From positions 1-37,092 of the forward strand of contig JANWHK010000145.1 in NCBI GenBank assembly GCA_025450395.1: a stretch of 37,092 nucleotides of DNA, read 5' to 3'. Source of the stretch: Bacteroidia bacterium (GTDB lineage: Bacteria; Bacteroidota; Bacteroidia; NS11-12g; UBA955). Shown piece after piece: positions 1 through 7,439 of this stretch. A model generated the notes under the pieces. That model made no database searches. It saw nothing but the letters and a program-made list of their open reading frames with translations, and was not told the origin of the DNA. Made by a program: the position numbers and the translations under genes. Each line of letters begins with the position of its first letter. Positions within the stretch are counted from its first letter, which is position 1.

Positions 1-2
1 GC

Positions 3-314
3 ATATCCAGTTTTACAAACTTGATTGATACCGAAGGTATTTATAAAATATTTGAAGGGAGTTCTGTCGCATTTATCAGGAAAGGATCCCTGGGTATTGT
101 TTTTGACCATAAAATAGAGATCATTCCATCAGAATATTTAAATGAGGATATGGAAAAAATTGAAGCGTCAGCAAGACCATTCAAATTTGACAAGATGCAT
201 ATTCTGGGTCTTATAAAATATAAAACTCATACACTCAGGATCGACCATCATATCCTGAAGGATTTGGAAGCATTAACAGTGAATAAATTATGGGAAAACC
301 AGCAGCAAGGCTAA
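3..314 (+). CDS. hypothetical protein, probably 5'-truncated by the window edge
   Basis: The frame has no stop from nt 3 to the TAA at 312-314. The listed ORF starts at a TTG (21), so the true start may lie upstream of the window. No motif recognised. The 3' end overlaps the PAAR gene start by 25 nt. Confidence 0.35.
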   Translation: MSSFTNLIDTEGIYKIFEGSSVAFIRKGSLGIVFDHKIEIIPSEYLNEDMEKIEASARPFKFDKMHILGLIKYKTHTLRIDHHILKDLEALTVNKLWENQQQG

Positions 315-769
315 CCGATTTTCATATGTGCCCCATGCAGACACCTGGCACTCCGCCTATACCGCATGTCGGTGGACCAATAACAGGCCCCGGCAGTCCG
401 ACAGTTTTAATCGGAGGTATGCCGGCCGCAGTGATGGGAGATATGTGTACTTGTGTTGGCCCGCCGGATACAATCATATTGGGTTCTACAGGCGTATTGA
501 TAGGCGGCAAGCCTGCGGCCCGTATGGGTGATTCTACAGCCCATGGGGGAAAAATCATGTTAGGTTGCATGACTGTATTGATAGGAGAATCAGGTGGTGG
601 TGGTGGTGGCGGAATGGGAGGCATGCCTGTCAGCGTATTGTTGAATGTCATGAAAAGCATGCCGGAGAATATGCAGAAGAATATGGCACAAGTGGTGGCG
701 ATGAAAGAGGCGGCAGCTATGGGGGTTCCGTTTTGTGAAGTTTGTGCAGCTGCGGCGCTTAAGGGGTAG
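290..769 (+). CDS. PAAR-domain spike-tip protein with Gly7 linker and Met/Ala-rich C-terminal tail
   Basis: Three PAAR-type motifs (GKPAARLTD, GMPAAVMGD, GKPAARMGD) spaced as in PF05488, with conserved Cys/His (HMCP, CTCVGP, STAHGG). These are followed by SGGGGGGGMGG and a ~55-aa tail. Confidence 0.85.
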   Translation: MGKPAARLTDFHMCPMQTPGTPPIPHVGGPITGPGSPTVLIGGMPAAVMGDMCTCVGPPDTIILGSTGVLIGGKPAARMGDSTAHGGKIMLGCMTVLIGESGGGGGGGMGGMPVSVLLNVMKSMPENMQKNMAQVVAMKEAAAMGVPFCEVCAAAALKG

Positions 770-788
770 TAAACCAAAGTTATTAAAC

Positions 789-1127
789 ATGACGAATTTT
801 CAAATTTCAAGAAAACAAATGGCCGTATTTAATCGTCACTTTTCGGATATCCTGATCCGGAAAATAACAGATGTATTGAATGAGACCTTTGCCAGTGAAA
901 TAGAAAAGCTTGAGTTAAAAAATGATGAAGCGTTAACTATTATCATAAAAGACGGACTTGCAAAAGCGGAATTATTGGGATTAAAGAAGGATGATCACCG
1001 ATGTGCCTATATAGTCTTATCCATCTATAATTTAACAAAGAGGATTAGTGACAAGGATTTTGATTCCATCAGGAAACGAATCGCAAAGAACAACAAATCG
1101 GTTTTGGACTTTGTAAATATGTACTAA
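789..1127 (+). CDS. hypothetical 112-aa helical protein (possible PAAR/toxin partner or immunity)
   Basis: ATG at 789 lies 19 nt after the PAAR stop. The track ORF from GTG 735 would overlap PAAR. The gene ends 4 nt before the toxin ORF. No family recognised. Confidence 0.5.
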   Translation: MTNFQISRKQMAVFNRHFSDILIRKITDVLNETFASEIEKLELKNDEALTIIIKDGLAKAELLGLKKDDHRCAYIVLSIYNLTKRISDKDFDSIRKRIAKNNKSVLDFVNMY

Positions 1128-1131
1128 GAAA

Positions 1132-2001
1132 ATGGGAGAACCTTGTACCCTTCCGCCGGCTCATTCCTCAAAAATTTCGTCTGCTTTAGGTGGGACGACT
1201 GCTGCGGTATCTTCATGTCCACACCGGGCGAAGGACTCCCCTTTCACCGACCATACTGCTGAACATCTAATGGGAGAGGTCAAGGTGGATTCAAGTGGAG
1301 ATAAAAAAGCGGTGGGTTGTCATTTGGCCGCAGCCGTAGCAAGTGGAAAAGCAAGACACAAAAAGGACGCTCCCGTGACTTATGGGCCAAATCCGCCGGG
1401 TTATTATGATGTAGCAGTTGAAATATGTGACGGTACTGAATGGGTTGAAAAAAAAGCATCTTCCACATTTTTCCCTGATGATCTGACCCCCGCGGAAGTT
1501 GAGGCAGAAGTCCTGAGCGCTTTTAAGAATTCCAAGGACGATGGGGATGGCGGATGGGAAGGAACTTCTGACAACGGACTTTTAATAAGGGGTTATTATG
1601 GGAAGGACGCTTCAAACAATGATGATAAAACTAAGATTGCAACAGCATTTCCTGTTTGCAAGGAAGTAGAAGAAAAAAGAGGGTTAGAGGAAAGACAAAA
1701 GGAAATTGCCCTTGAAAAAAAGAAAGTAGAAGCTGAAAAGAGCAAGATAAAAAAGGAAAAGGAGACCCTGGAAGCAAAAGACAAACAATTCGATAACATC
1801 AAGAATGATAAGGTAAAATCGGAAAAAAAAGCAGGAATAGTCAAGGAAAGGGAAGCGATGAAAACAGATCATGAAGCCCGCGAAAAGACTGTTAAAACCG
1901 ATGAAGATAAAGTAAATAAAAAACAGGAAACCCTTGACAAGGACCAAAAGACCTTTGATGACAACCAAAAGGTCTTGAAAACAAAGCATGTAAAAACATA
2001 A
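1132..2001 (+). CDS. EndoU-like (bacterial EndoU nuclease family) RNase toxin with C-terminal Lys/Glu-rich coiled-coil tail
   Basis: The motif series resembles PF14436: DHTAEHLMGE...VGCH, YYDVAVEI, SSTFFPDDLTPAEVEAEVLSAF, GLLIRGYY, KIATAFPV. Residues ~178-289 are a K/E/D-rich heptad-like tail. Confidence 0.65.
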   Translation: MGEPCTLPPAHSSKISSALGGTTAAVSSCPHRAKDSPFTDHTAEHLMGEVKVDSSGDKKAVGCHLAAAVASGKARHKKDAPVTYGPNPPGYYDVAVEICDGTEWVEKKASSTFFPDDLTPAEVEAEVLSAFKNSKDDGDGGWEGTSDNGLLIRGYYGKDASNNDDKTKIATAFPVCKEVEEKRGLEERQKEIALEKKKVEAEKSKIKKEKETLEAKDKQFDNIKNDKVKSEKKAGIVKEREAMKTDHEAREKTVKTDEDKVNKKQETLDKDQKTFDDNQKVLKTKHVKT

Positions 2002-2016
2002 GTAATAGAAAATGAT

Positions 2017-2448
2017 ATGAGTTTAAAAGAAGAAATAGAGGAAAAGAACCTTGAGGAGATTATAACAAAAAATACGGATACCATAGAGATGGTTTCATTT
2101 GAAGATGCCGGATGGGAATCTTCAAGCAATTTTTTTTATGATGTTAAAACAAACTATAATGACATGCAGGATTTTATTTCTGCAATGCTGCATAAGCTTA
2201 TAGAGATAGAATATTTGAAAGGCGAGTTTTTGGAAGGTTTTGTAAAAACAGGTATTTTTAATGATTTTACACAGGATAGGTATGGCAAATATCTTTCAAA
2301 GGCAAAATTAAAATTAGAGGATCCATTGTTGAAAGATGTTTCTGACTATGTAAGGGGAGTACGGATTATAGATGACTGGGACAAAAAATTCATGATAGTT
2401 GAAACCAAAAAATATTTTGTGTCTTATACCTGGGACACCACGGCATAA
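2017..2448 (+). CDS. hypothetical 143-aa acidic protein; candidate cognate immunity protein
   Basis: ATG lies 15 nt after the toxin stop on the same strand. It has no signal peptide, and its size and position are typical of immunity genes. No family recognised. Confidence 0.5.
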   Translation: MSLKEEIEEKNLEEIITKNTDTIEMVSFEDAGWESSSNFFYDVKTNYNDMQDFISAMLHKLIEIEYLKGEFLEGFVKTGIFNDFTQDRYGKYLSKAKLKLEDPLLKDVSDYVRGVRIIDDWDKKFMIVETKKYFVSYTWDTTA

Positions 2449-2477
2449 GCTGTTAACCCCTTTTAAATTCTAACGAT

Positions 2478-2726
2478 ATGCTCAGCCCTCTCAATACAGC
2501 ACATAACAGGAAACTCAACCTCTTAAGTCAAAGTGGTAAATTGTTGGCGCAAAAAAATGGTGAGTTTTATTTTTATATGGTATTGGATGGCAAATTGAAT
2601 TATTTTAAGTGTGAAGAAAACTTGTTTCACAAAAATTTTGAACAAACCTCTTCAACAGAATTAAAAGAACTCAATGAAGAAGAATGGAACGAATTGAAGA
2701 AAAAATGTAAAAAATATCCGTATTAA
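2478..2726 (+). CDS. hypothetical 82-aa protein
   Basis: ATG-initiated ORF in the same tightly packed + strand array. No motif recognised. Confidence 0.4.
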   Translation: MLSPLNTAHNRKLNLLSQSGKLLAQKNGEFYFYMVLDGKLNYFKCEENLFHKNFEQTSSTELKELNEEEWNELKKKCKKYPY

Positions 2727-2809
2727 TTCTCTGGCAATCCTATTTGGAGTGCTTTAATAATTTAATTAATGATCCAGTAAACTTCCCAAAATTTCAGTTT
2801 AAGCGCATA

Positions 2810-3490
2810 ATGCTCAACCAAATCAATTACATATTACTGGATGCAGCCCGCATGGGAGATACCATTGAAAAAGCGAAGGAGATCAATCCTGATTTTGATT
2901 CGCTTTATCGTGGCAGAAGTGAGGAATCCCTCGCTGTGGTGGCGCCATACCTGTTTTTATTCAGGCAAAATACGGACTTTGGAAAATGGTATATCGAAAA
3001 TGGTTGGGGTGATGCCTGGGGCATTTTAATCCGGTCACATCTGCCCATGCCGGAATTACACCGACATTTCCGCAAATTCCTGGTCGTTGGCACAGAAGAT
3101 ATGCAGGAGCTGTATTTCAGGTTTTACGACCCAAGGGTCTTGCGCATCTTTTTACCCACCTGTGACCAGCAGCAACTCAAGGAATTTTTCGGCCCGATTG
3201 AATATTTTATAATGGAAGATGCGGACAAGGATTGGGCCATCAGGTGCTGGTTGGAGAATGGTCATCTCCGCTCTGTTAAAATACCTATAGATGAACTGGT
3301 GAATAATACATTTAAATTTACATCTGCCAAGAAAACAGAGCCGGTTCAGGAAAATACAACAAATGATCAAAACAACTGGCAACCCAGTCCTTCAACACCC
3401 GTAGAAGGCAAGGATAAAAAAGACAAAAAAGAACCGTCGGAAAATAAGAAAGGCGGTTCCAAATGGGACAATTTTTTCTTTGAAGAGTAA
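2810..3490 (+). CDS. DUF4123 domain protein (T6SS effector adaptor/chaperone family, Tap-1/TEC-like)
   Basis: Signature matches: YILLDAARMG, VAPYLFLF, WGILIRSHLPMPELHRHFRKFL, LYFRFYDPRVLRIFLP. A low-complexity K/D/E tail ends in WDNFFFEE. I prefer ATG 2810 over the TTG at 2744. Confidence 0.8.
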   Translation: MLNQINYILLDAARMGDTIEKAKEINPDFDSLYRGRSEESLAVVAPYLFLFRQNTDFGKWYIENGWGDAWGILIRSHLPMPELHRHFRKFLVVGTEDMQELYFRFYDPRVLRIFLPTCDQQQLKEFFGPIEYFIMEDADKDWAIRCWLENGHLRSVKIPIDELVNNTFKFTSAKKTEPVQENTTNDQNNWQPSPSTPVEGKDKKDKKEPSENKKGGSKWDNFFFEE

Positions 3491-3532
3491 GCAATGATAT
3501 AAACTAAACTTGATACACATTCTTAAAAATCT

Positions 3533-5530
3533 ATGACCGCACACTTTCAATCGAATAAAAACAAACACCTTTACTTCATTTTCCTTTTACTTTTCCTGCC
3601 GCTTTTATTCCAAAGTTGCGTGGTTTCGCGCCCCAGGTATAAATCGATTGCAAGTTCGGACACGTTCAGTCAATTCAAGGTCATTCATAAACCATATTAC
3701 AAAAAGGAACTCAGCGGGTTTGGCAAGTTTTGCGCCGTCTTTTTGCCAGCTGCGGGTGCTTCTGCCGGTTACGTATTTGGCGACCAGGCGGGAATAAGCA
3801 ATAAGTATGCAGGAGCCGGAGCTGGTGCTATCGCAGGTTATGGCTTGTCGAGGCTCGCGTTTGTGATAGGTGGCAATAAAAAGGAAAGAAAACTGAAGGG
3901 ACATGGTGAATACCAGGATTGGCTCGATAAGTATAGCGATGAGAACTCAACCAATTGGGTATTGATCAATATTCCTACCCTTGGTGGCGACACAGCGATA
4001 TGGGCCATTGAAAGGGCCAGGGAAAAATCGTTTGTTCCATCCAGTTATGATGATGTTACATATTTTGCTGCAGCTTTTCCGAATAGCCAATATTTGCACC
4101 AGGTGATCCTGACGGCCAATAAGATCATAAGCAAGGAAGACCTTAAGAAATTAATAACCCAGTTCCCGAACCATCCTGCCATTGCGTTCACTAAAATTGA
4201 ACTGGTCAACAGGAGTCAATCAGAAGCGGAGATCAAGGCACTTGTTATTAAATACCCTGAGACGGCAAGCCAGGCTGAAAAGAAATATGCCGAATTGGTC
4301 CAGTCTTATGATTATTTATTGGCATTCGTCTTGAAATATCCAAAAAGCAATTATACGGATATTGCGGTTTTACATGCCATCTACCGCATGAGCCATGAAG
4401 AACTCAAAATGATAGACATGAAAGCAAGGGGATTGTCCAAGCCTTCCATCTACATGTCTGAGCCAGTAAAGTTAAAACTGCAACTGGCATTGGTCGAGTA
4501 TTCTGAGACATATAATGAAATGATGAAAACAATCCATGATTATCCCAATACACCTTTTGTAGTCAGGTTTGATGCAAAAATAGAGGATCTGGATTCTGCT
4601 AAAGCGATTTATGAGCGGCTCATCAATTATAAACCAACAATCCAGAAAAGTGGTATAAAGAAGGTGGCGACTGATTTAAAGGCGCAGTACTTAAAGAACA
4701 GGATGGATTATCCTGAAAACCTATTTGAACAGATGATAGGTGATGACAAATGGCTGAAAGAAGGACTTCCGCCCGGGATGTTCGATTCCATTGCGCTTAT
4801 TGCCGTCAAGGTATCCGGTACCGACTACTTTACCGGAACAGGGAAGTGGGAAAATATTAAACCCCAGGGTAAAGGCAAGTATTACAGGACAAACGGACAG
4901 ATTAGTGAAGGGAACTTTATTGATGGAAAACTGCATGGTCAGGGGATCAAACTGAAAACAGAGTTTGGAGAAAGATTGTTGTATGAAGGGGAATTTAATT
5001 ATGATGAATTAAACGGAAGGGGAAGAATGACTTCTCAAAGAGGGACCATATATGAAGGGATCTTTAAAAATGATGTCATGGAAGGCAAGGGTCGCATTTT
5101 ATACAAGGATGGAAGTTATGATACAGGCTATTTTTCCAATTTTAAATTGGAAGGCTTGGGCGAAAGGAAGTCCCGGAGGTTCACTTATATAGGAGGGTTT
5201 AAGTCCGGAAAATTTGAAGGCATTGGGAAATACCAATCGTTAAATGACAGCAGCAACTGGTTCAAGGGTCATTTTACAGGCGGAAAAAGGAACGGCCCGG
5301 GTGAACTGCATATTTCACCTGATTTTTTAGTCAGGGGTACCTGGTTAAACGATTGTCCTGAAAATACGATCAATCTCTTCAAGTATTCAGAGACGGATAA
5401 GACATTCAAACCTATCGGTACATGGAAAATTTCAAAATGTACAGTACTGAATAAGTCGGCTGATTCAAATGTTTTTAAGGTAAATGAAGCACAGGTGATG
5501 GAAAAGACCTGGGTGGATTATAGTGATTAA
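3533..5530 (+). CDS. 665-aa protein with lipoprotein-like N-terminus, glycine-zipper segment and C-terminal MORN repeats
   Basis: The N-terminus LLLFLPLLFQSC looks like a lipobox. The Gly/Ala zipper AAGASAGYVFGDQAG...AGAGAGAIAGYG covers ~nt 3716-3877. At least 6 MORN-type repeats (YEGEFNYDELNGRG, YEGIFKNDVMEGKG, YIGGFKSGKFEGIG, etc.) cover ~nt 4865-5300. Confidence 0.75.
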   Translation: MTAHFQSNKNKHLYFIFLLLFLPLLFQSCVVSRPRYKSIASSDTFSQFKVIHKPYYKKELSGFGKFCAVFLPAAGASAGYVFGDQAGISNKYAGAGAGAIAGYGLSRLAFVIGGNKKERKLKGHGEYQDWLDKYSDENSTNWVLINIPTLGGDTAIWAIERAREKSFVPSSYDDVTYFAAAFPNSQYLHQVILTANKIISKEDLKKLITQFPNHPAIAFTKIELVNRSQSEAEIKALVIKYPETASQAEKKYAELVQSYDYLLAFVLKYPKSNYTDIAVLHAIYRMSHEELKMIDMKARGLSKPSIYMSEPVKLKLQLALVEYSETYNEMMKTIHDYPNTPFVVRFDAKIEDLDSAKAIYERLINYKPTIQKSGIKKVATDLKAQYLKNRMDYPENLFEQMIGDDKWLKEGLPPGMFDSIALIAVKVSGTDYFTGTGKWENIKPQGKGKYYRTNGQISEGNFIDGKLHGQGIKLKTEFGERLLYEGEFNYDELNGRGRMTSQRGTIYEGIFKNDVMEGKGRILYKDGSYDTGYFSNFKLEGLGERKSRRFTYIGGFKSGKFEGIGKYQSLNDSSNWFKGHFTGGKRNGPGELHISPDFLVRGTWLNDCPENTINLFKYSETDKTFKPIGTWKISKCTVLNKSADSNVFKVNEAQVMEKTWVDYSD

Positions 5531-5620
5531 TGCCGTAAATTATGTAACAATTACGGATAATTATGTAACTTATTCTCTCGATTAAGTATAGAAATTTGTT
5601 TGAAATAATAAGGAAGTGAC

Positions 5621-6187
5621 ATGAAAACAATGGGTCTGAATCTGAAGATGGTATTGCTTTTTACGGCTTTGTTAGTGTTGAGCGGTGTGATTGTCACCGG
5701 TTTGATAGGTTCTGACGATAAGAAGGTTAAAGCAAAAAATACTGTTAATTCCACACTATCCACTGACGCGGATGCAAACCAATCGGAACCGGAGAAAAAA
5801 ACGGAGATTTCATCATCGCGTAGTGATGAAAATATTTCAGATGAAGTTCCTGCCGAAGTAGCAGTTGATGCGGTAAGCAGCAGGGTGAAGGTTTTTGAAC
5901 CTGAATTTGATGATGCATGGTGTAAGGCACATTGCCCCGGTTATACAGGTAAAAATATTTCCCTGAGCAGCGAGGATATCGTTATCATCGATAAGAAAGG
6001 TTCTAAAATTACAGATTACAATGAACTTAGCCTGAAACTGGCACCTGGAATTTCAAGTGCCAGGAGGACTGACCTGGAAAAGGACTATCACTTTGAAGAT
6101 GCTTACATAAATGTCAAGGGAATTGGTCCCATGAAGATAAAAGCCATCAAATTCAGTTATGAGATAATACCTCCCCAGGGTCGTTAA
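5621..6187 (+). CDS. hypothetical N-terminally membrane-anchored/exported protein
   Basis: Hydrophobic N-terminal helix (MVLLFTALLVLSGVIVTGLIG), then a Ser/Glu-rich linker and a ~100-aa C-terminal domain. A terminator follows. Confidence 0.55.
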   Translation: MKTMGLNLKMVLLFTALLVLSGVIVTGLIGSDDKKVKAKNTVNSTLSTDADANQSEPEKKTEISSSRSDENISDEVPAEVAVDAVSSRVKVFEPEFDDAWCKAHCPGYTGKNISLSSEDIVIIDKKGSKITDYNELSLKLAPGISSARRTDLEKDYHFEDAYINVKGIGPMKIKAIKFSYEIIPPQGR

Positions 6188-6208
6188 TGATTTGCCTTAT
6201 TTAAATTT

Positions 6209-6248
6209 CCTGCCACCCGATTTTGAGAGGGACTGGCAGGTTTTTTTA
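6209..6248 (+). terminator. Rho-independent terminator
   Basis: Stem CCTGCCA (6209-6215) pairs with TGGCAGG (6234-6240) and is followed by T7 (6241-6247). Confidence 0.6.
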
Positions 6249-6309
6249 TTTAATAATCAATTACTTATGATGTTAATTAACAATAAACAGTAACAAACAG
6301 TAACAAACA

Positions 6310-6340
6310 TTTGTAAGTATCAGTAAATTTACTATATTTG
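6310..6340 (+). promoter_or_regulatory. Bacteroidota-type promoter (-33 TTTG, -7 TATATTTG)
   Basis: TTTG at 6310-6313 and TAnnTTTG at 6333-6340 are separated by a 19-nt spacer, 20 nt upstream of ATG 6360. A 10-bp tandem ACAGTAACAA x2 (6287-6306) sits just upstream. Confidence 0.5.
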
Positions 6341-6359
6341 CCTATTAAATATTGATATT

Positions 6360-7136
6360 ATGGAAAAGTCAAAAGGATTCATAGAAGTATTCAGGATCTT
6401 CCAGAACAAGGAATCCTATTTCGAAGAAATCAACAAGGAGCAATCCAACAGCCTGATGATCAAGCAGGTCGTCATTGTCTGTGTGTTCACTTTCTTCTAT
6501 GGTGTAGGTATGGGCAGCTACCACAGTTTTTTGCAGTCGGTTTCTGCTGGCATCAAGGTAACCATATTATTCCTTTCGACCATCGTGATCTGTTTCCCGT
6601 CTTTTTTTATCATACAACAGGTATTGGGTTCGCGGATGACCGTCAGGCAGATGATGATGATCGTATTGAGCGGACTGGTACTTATTTCCACCATCATTTT
6701 TTCCTTTATTCCCATTGTTATCTTCTTTCAGGTGACAGGGGGAAATTATCATTTCCTGCAGCTTTTACACGTAGCCATATTCATTTTCGCCGGTTTTTTT
6801 GGTTTGCGTTTAATGGTGGAGGCCCTGAAATACGCGTGTGAAAATAAAGCCATTTATCCGGAAATAGGTGTGAAGGTTTTTAAGGTCTGGGTGATTATCC
6901 TGGCATTTGTCAGCATACAACTGGCGTGGAACCTGAGACCTTTCCTTTGCAACAAGAATGAAGCATTCAAGGTGTTCCGCAACCACGAGGGGAATTTTTA
7001 TACGGCCATTATCTATTCCATTCAACAATTGACGGAAACAAAGCCGCGACAAAAGGAGCCTATATTCATGACGCCGGAAACGGACCCGCTGAATAATGAA
7101 CCTGACACTACAACTGACACCACACTAGTCCCGTAA
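6360..7136 (+). CDS. polytopic integral membrane protein, function unknown
   Basis: About 5-6 hydrophobic helices sit between a soluble N-terminal ~35 aa and a Pro/Thr-rich C-terminal tail. No confident family assignment. Confidence 0.7.
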   Translation: MEKSKGFIEVFRIFQNKESYFEEINKEQSNSLMIKQVVIVCVFTFFYGVGMGSYHSFLQSVSAGIKVTILFLSTIVICFPSFFIIQQVLGSRMTVRQMMMIVLSGLVLISTIIFSFIPIVIFFQVTGGNYHFLQLLHVAIFIFAGFFGLRLMVEALKYACENKAIYPEIGVKVFKVWVIILAFVSIQLAWNLRPFLCNKNEAFKVFRNHEGNFYTAIIYSIQQLTETKPRQKEPIFMTPETDPLNNEPDTTTDTTLVP

Positions 7137-7168
7137 AATTAAAAGTCTTTATCAAAATATCATAAAGC

Positions 7169-7363
7169 ATGGATGACATCATGACACTGGAAGAAGTCGC
7201 GAAGTACCTGAAACTGAAACCCCAGACAATTTATACCTGGGCACAGGATGGCAAGATACCGGCTGCAAAACTTGGCAAGGAATGGAGGTTCAGGAAATCA
7301 GTGATTGATAAATGGTTTAATACGCATATGGATGATAAGTTTTCTTCTTTTTTGGAACCATGA
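7169..7363 (+). CDS. small helix-turn-helix DNA-binding protein (excisionase/MerR-like HTH_17 type)
   Basis: MTLEEVAKYLKLKPQTIYTWAQDGKIPAAKLGKEWRFRKSVIDKWF is the classic HTH_17 pattern. Confidence 0.75.
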   Translation: MDDIMTLEEVAKYLKLKPQTIYTWAQDGKIPAAKLGKEWRFRKSVIDKWFNTHMDDKFSSFLEP

Positions 7364-7370
7364 GGCAATT

Positions 7371-7405
7371 TACGACATACGACATACGATGTACGATGTA
7401 CGATG
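7371..7405. repeat. heptanucleotide tandem repeat (TACGACA x2, TACGATG x3)
   Basis: Five consecutive 7-bp units read directly from the sequence. Same family as the repeats at 9974-10020 and 24076-24129. Confidence 0.9.
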
Positions 7406-7419
7406 TGTGTGAATTCCCT

Positions 7420-7427
7420 TACTTTTG
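7420..7427 (+). promoter_or_regulatory. candidate -7 box TACTTTTG
   Basis: Matches the Bacteroidota TAnnTTTG consensus 12 nt upstream of ATG 7440. Confidence 0.4.
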
Positions 7428-7439
7428 CATGGAATACCC

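Noticed and set aside
322-810. 162-aa minus-strand ORF (plus 328-531 + and 590-790 -) overlapping the PAAR gene
   Set aside because: These are mirror or alternate frames of a Gly/Pro/Ala-rich gene. The PAAR frame has clear family motifs and these frames have none.
1280-2129. Several minus-strand ORFs (1280-1468, 1596-1844, 1684-1989, 1869-2129) antisense to the toxin gene
   Set aside because: They are Phe/Leu/Ser-rich translations of the complement of the Lys/Glu-rich coiled-coil region, a typical antisense artefact.
7169-7363. The excisionase-type HTH might mark an integrated mobile element
   Set aside because: There is no integrase, recombinase, att-like direct repeat or tRNA nearby. The flanking genes are ordinary membrane and transport genes.
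7371-7405. The heptamer arrays (also 9974-10020, 13467-13508, 24076-24129) as a CRISPR array
   Set aside because: The units are 7 bp and directly abutting with no spacers. CRISPR repeats are ~24-48 bp separated by unique spacers, and no cas genes are present.
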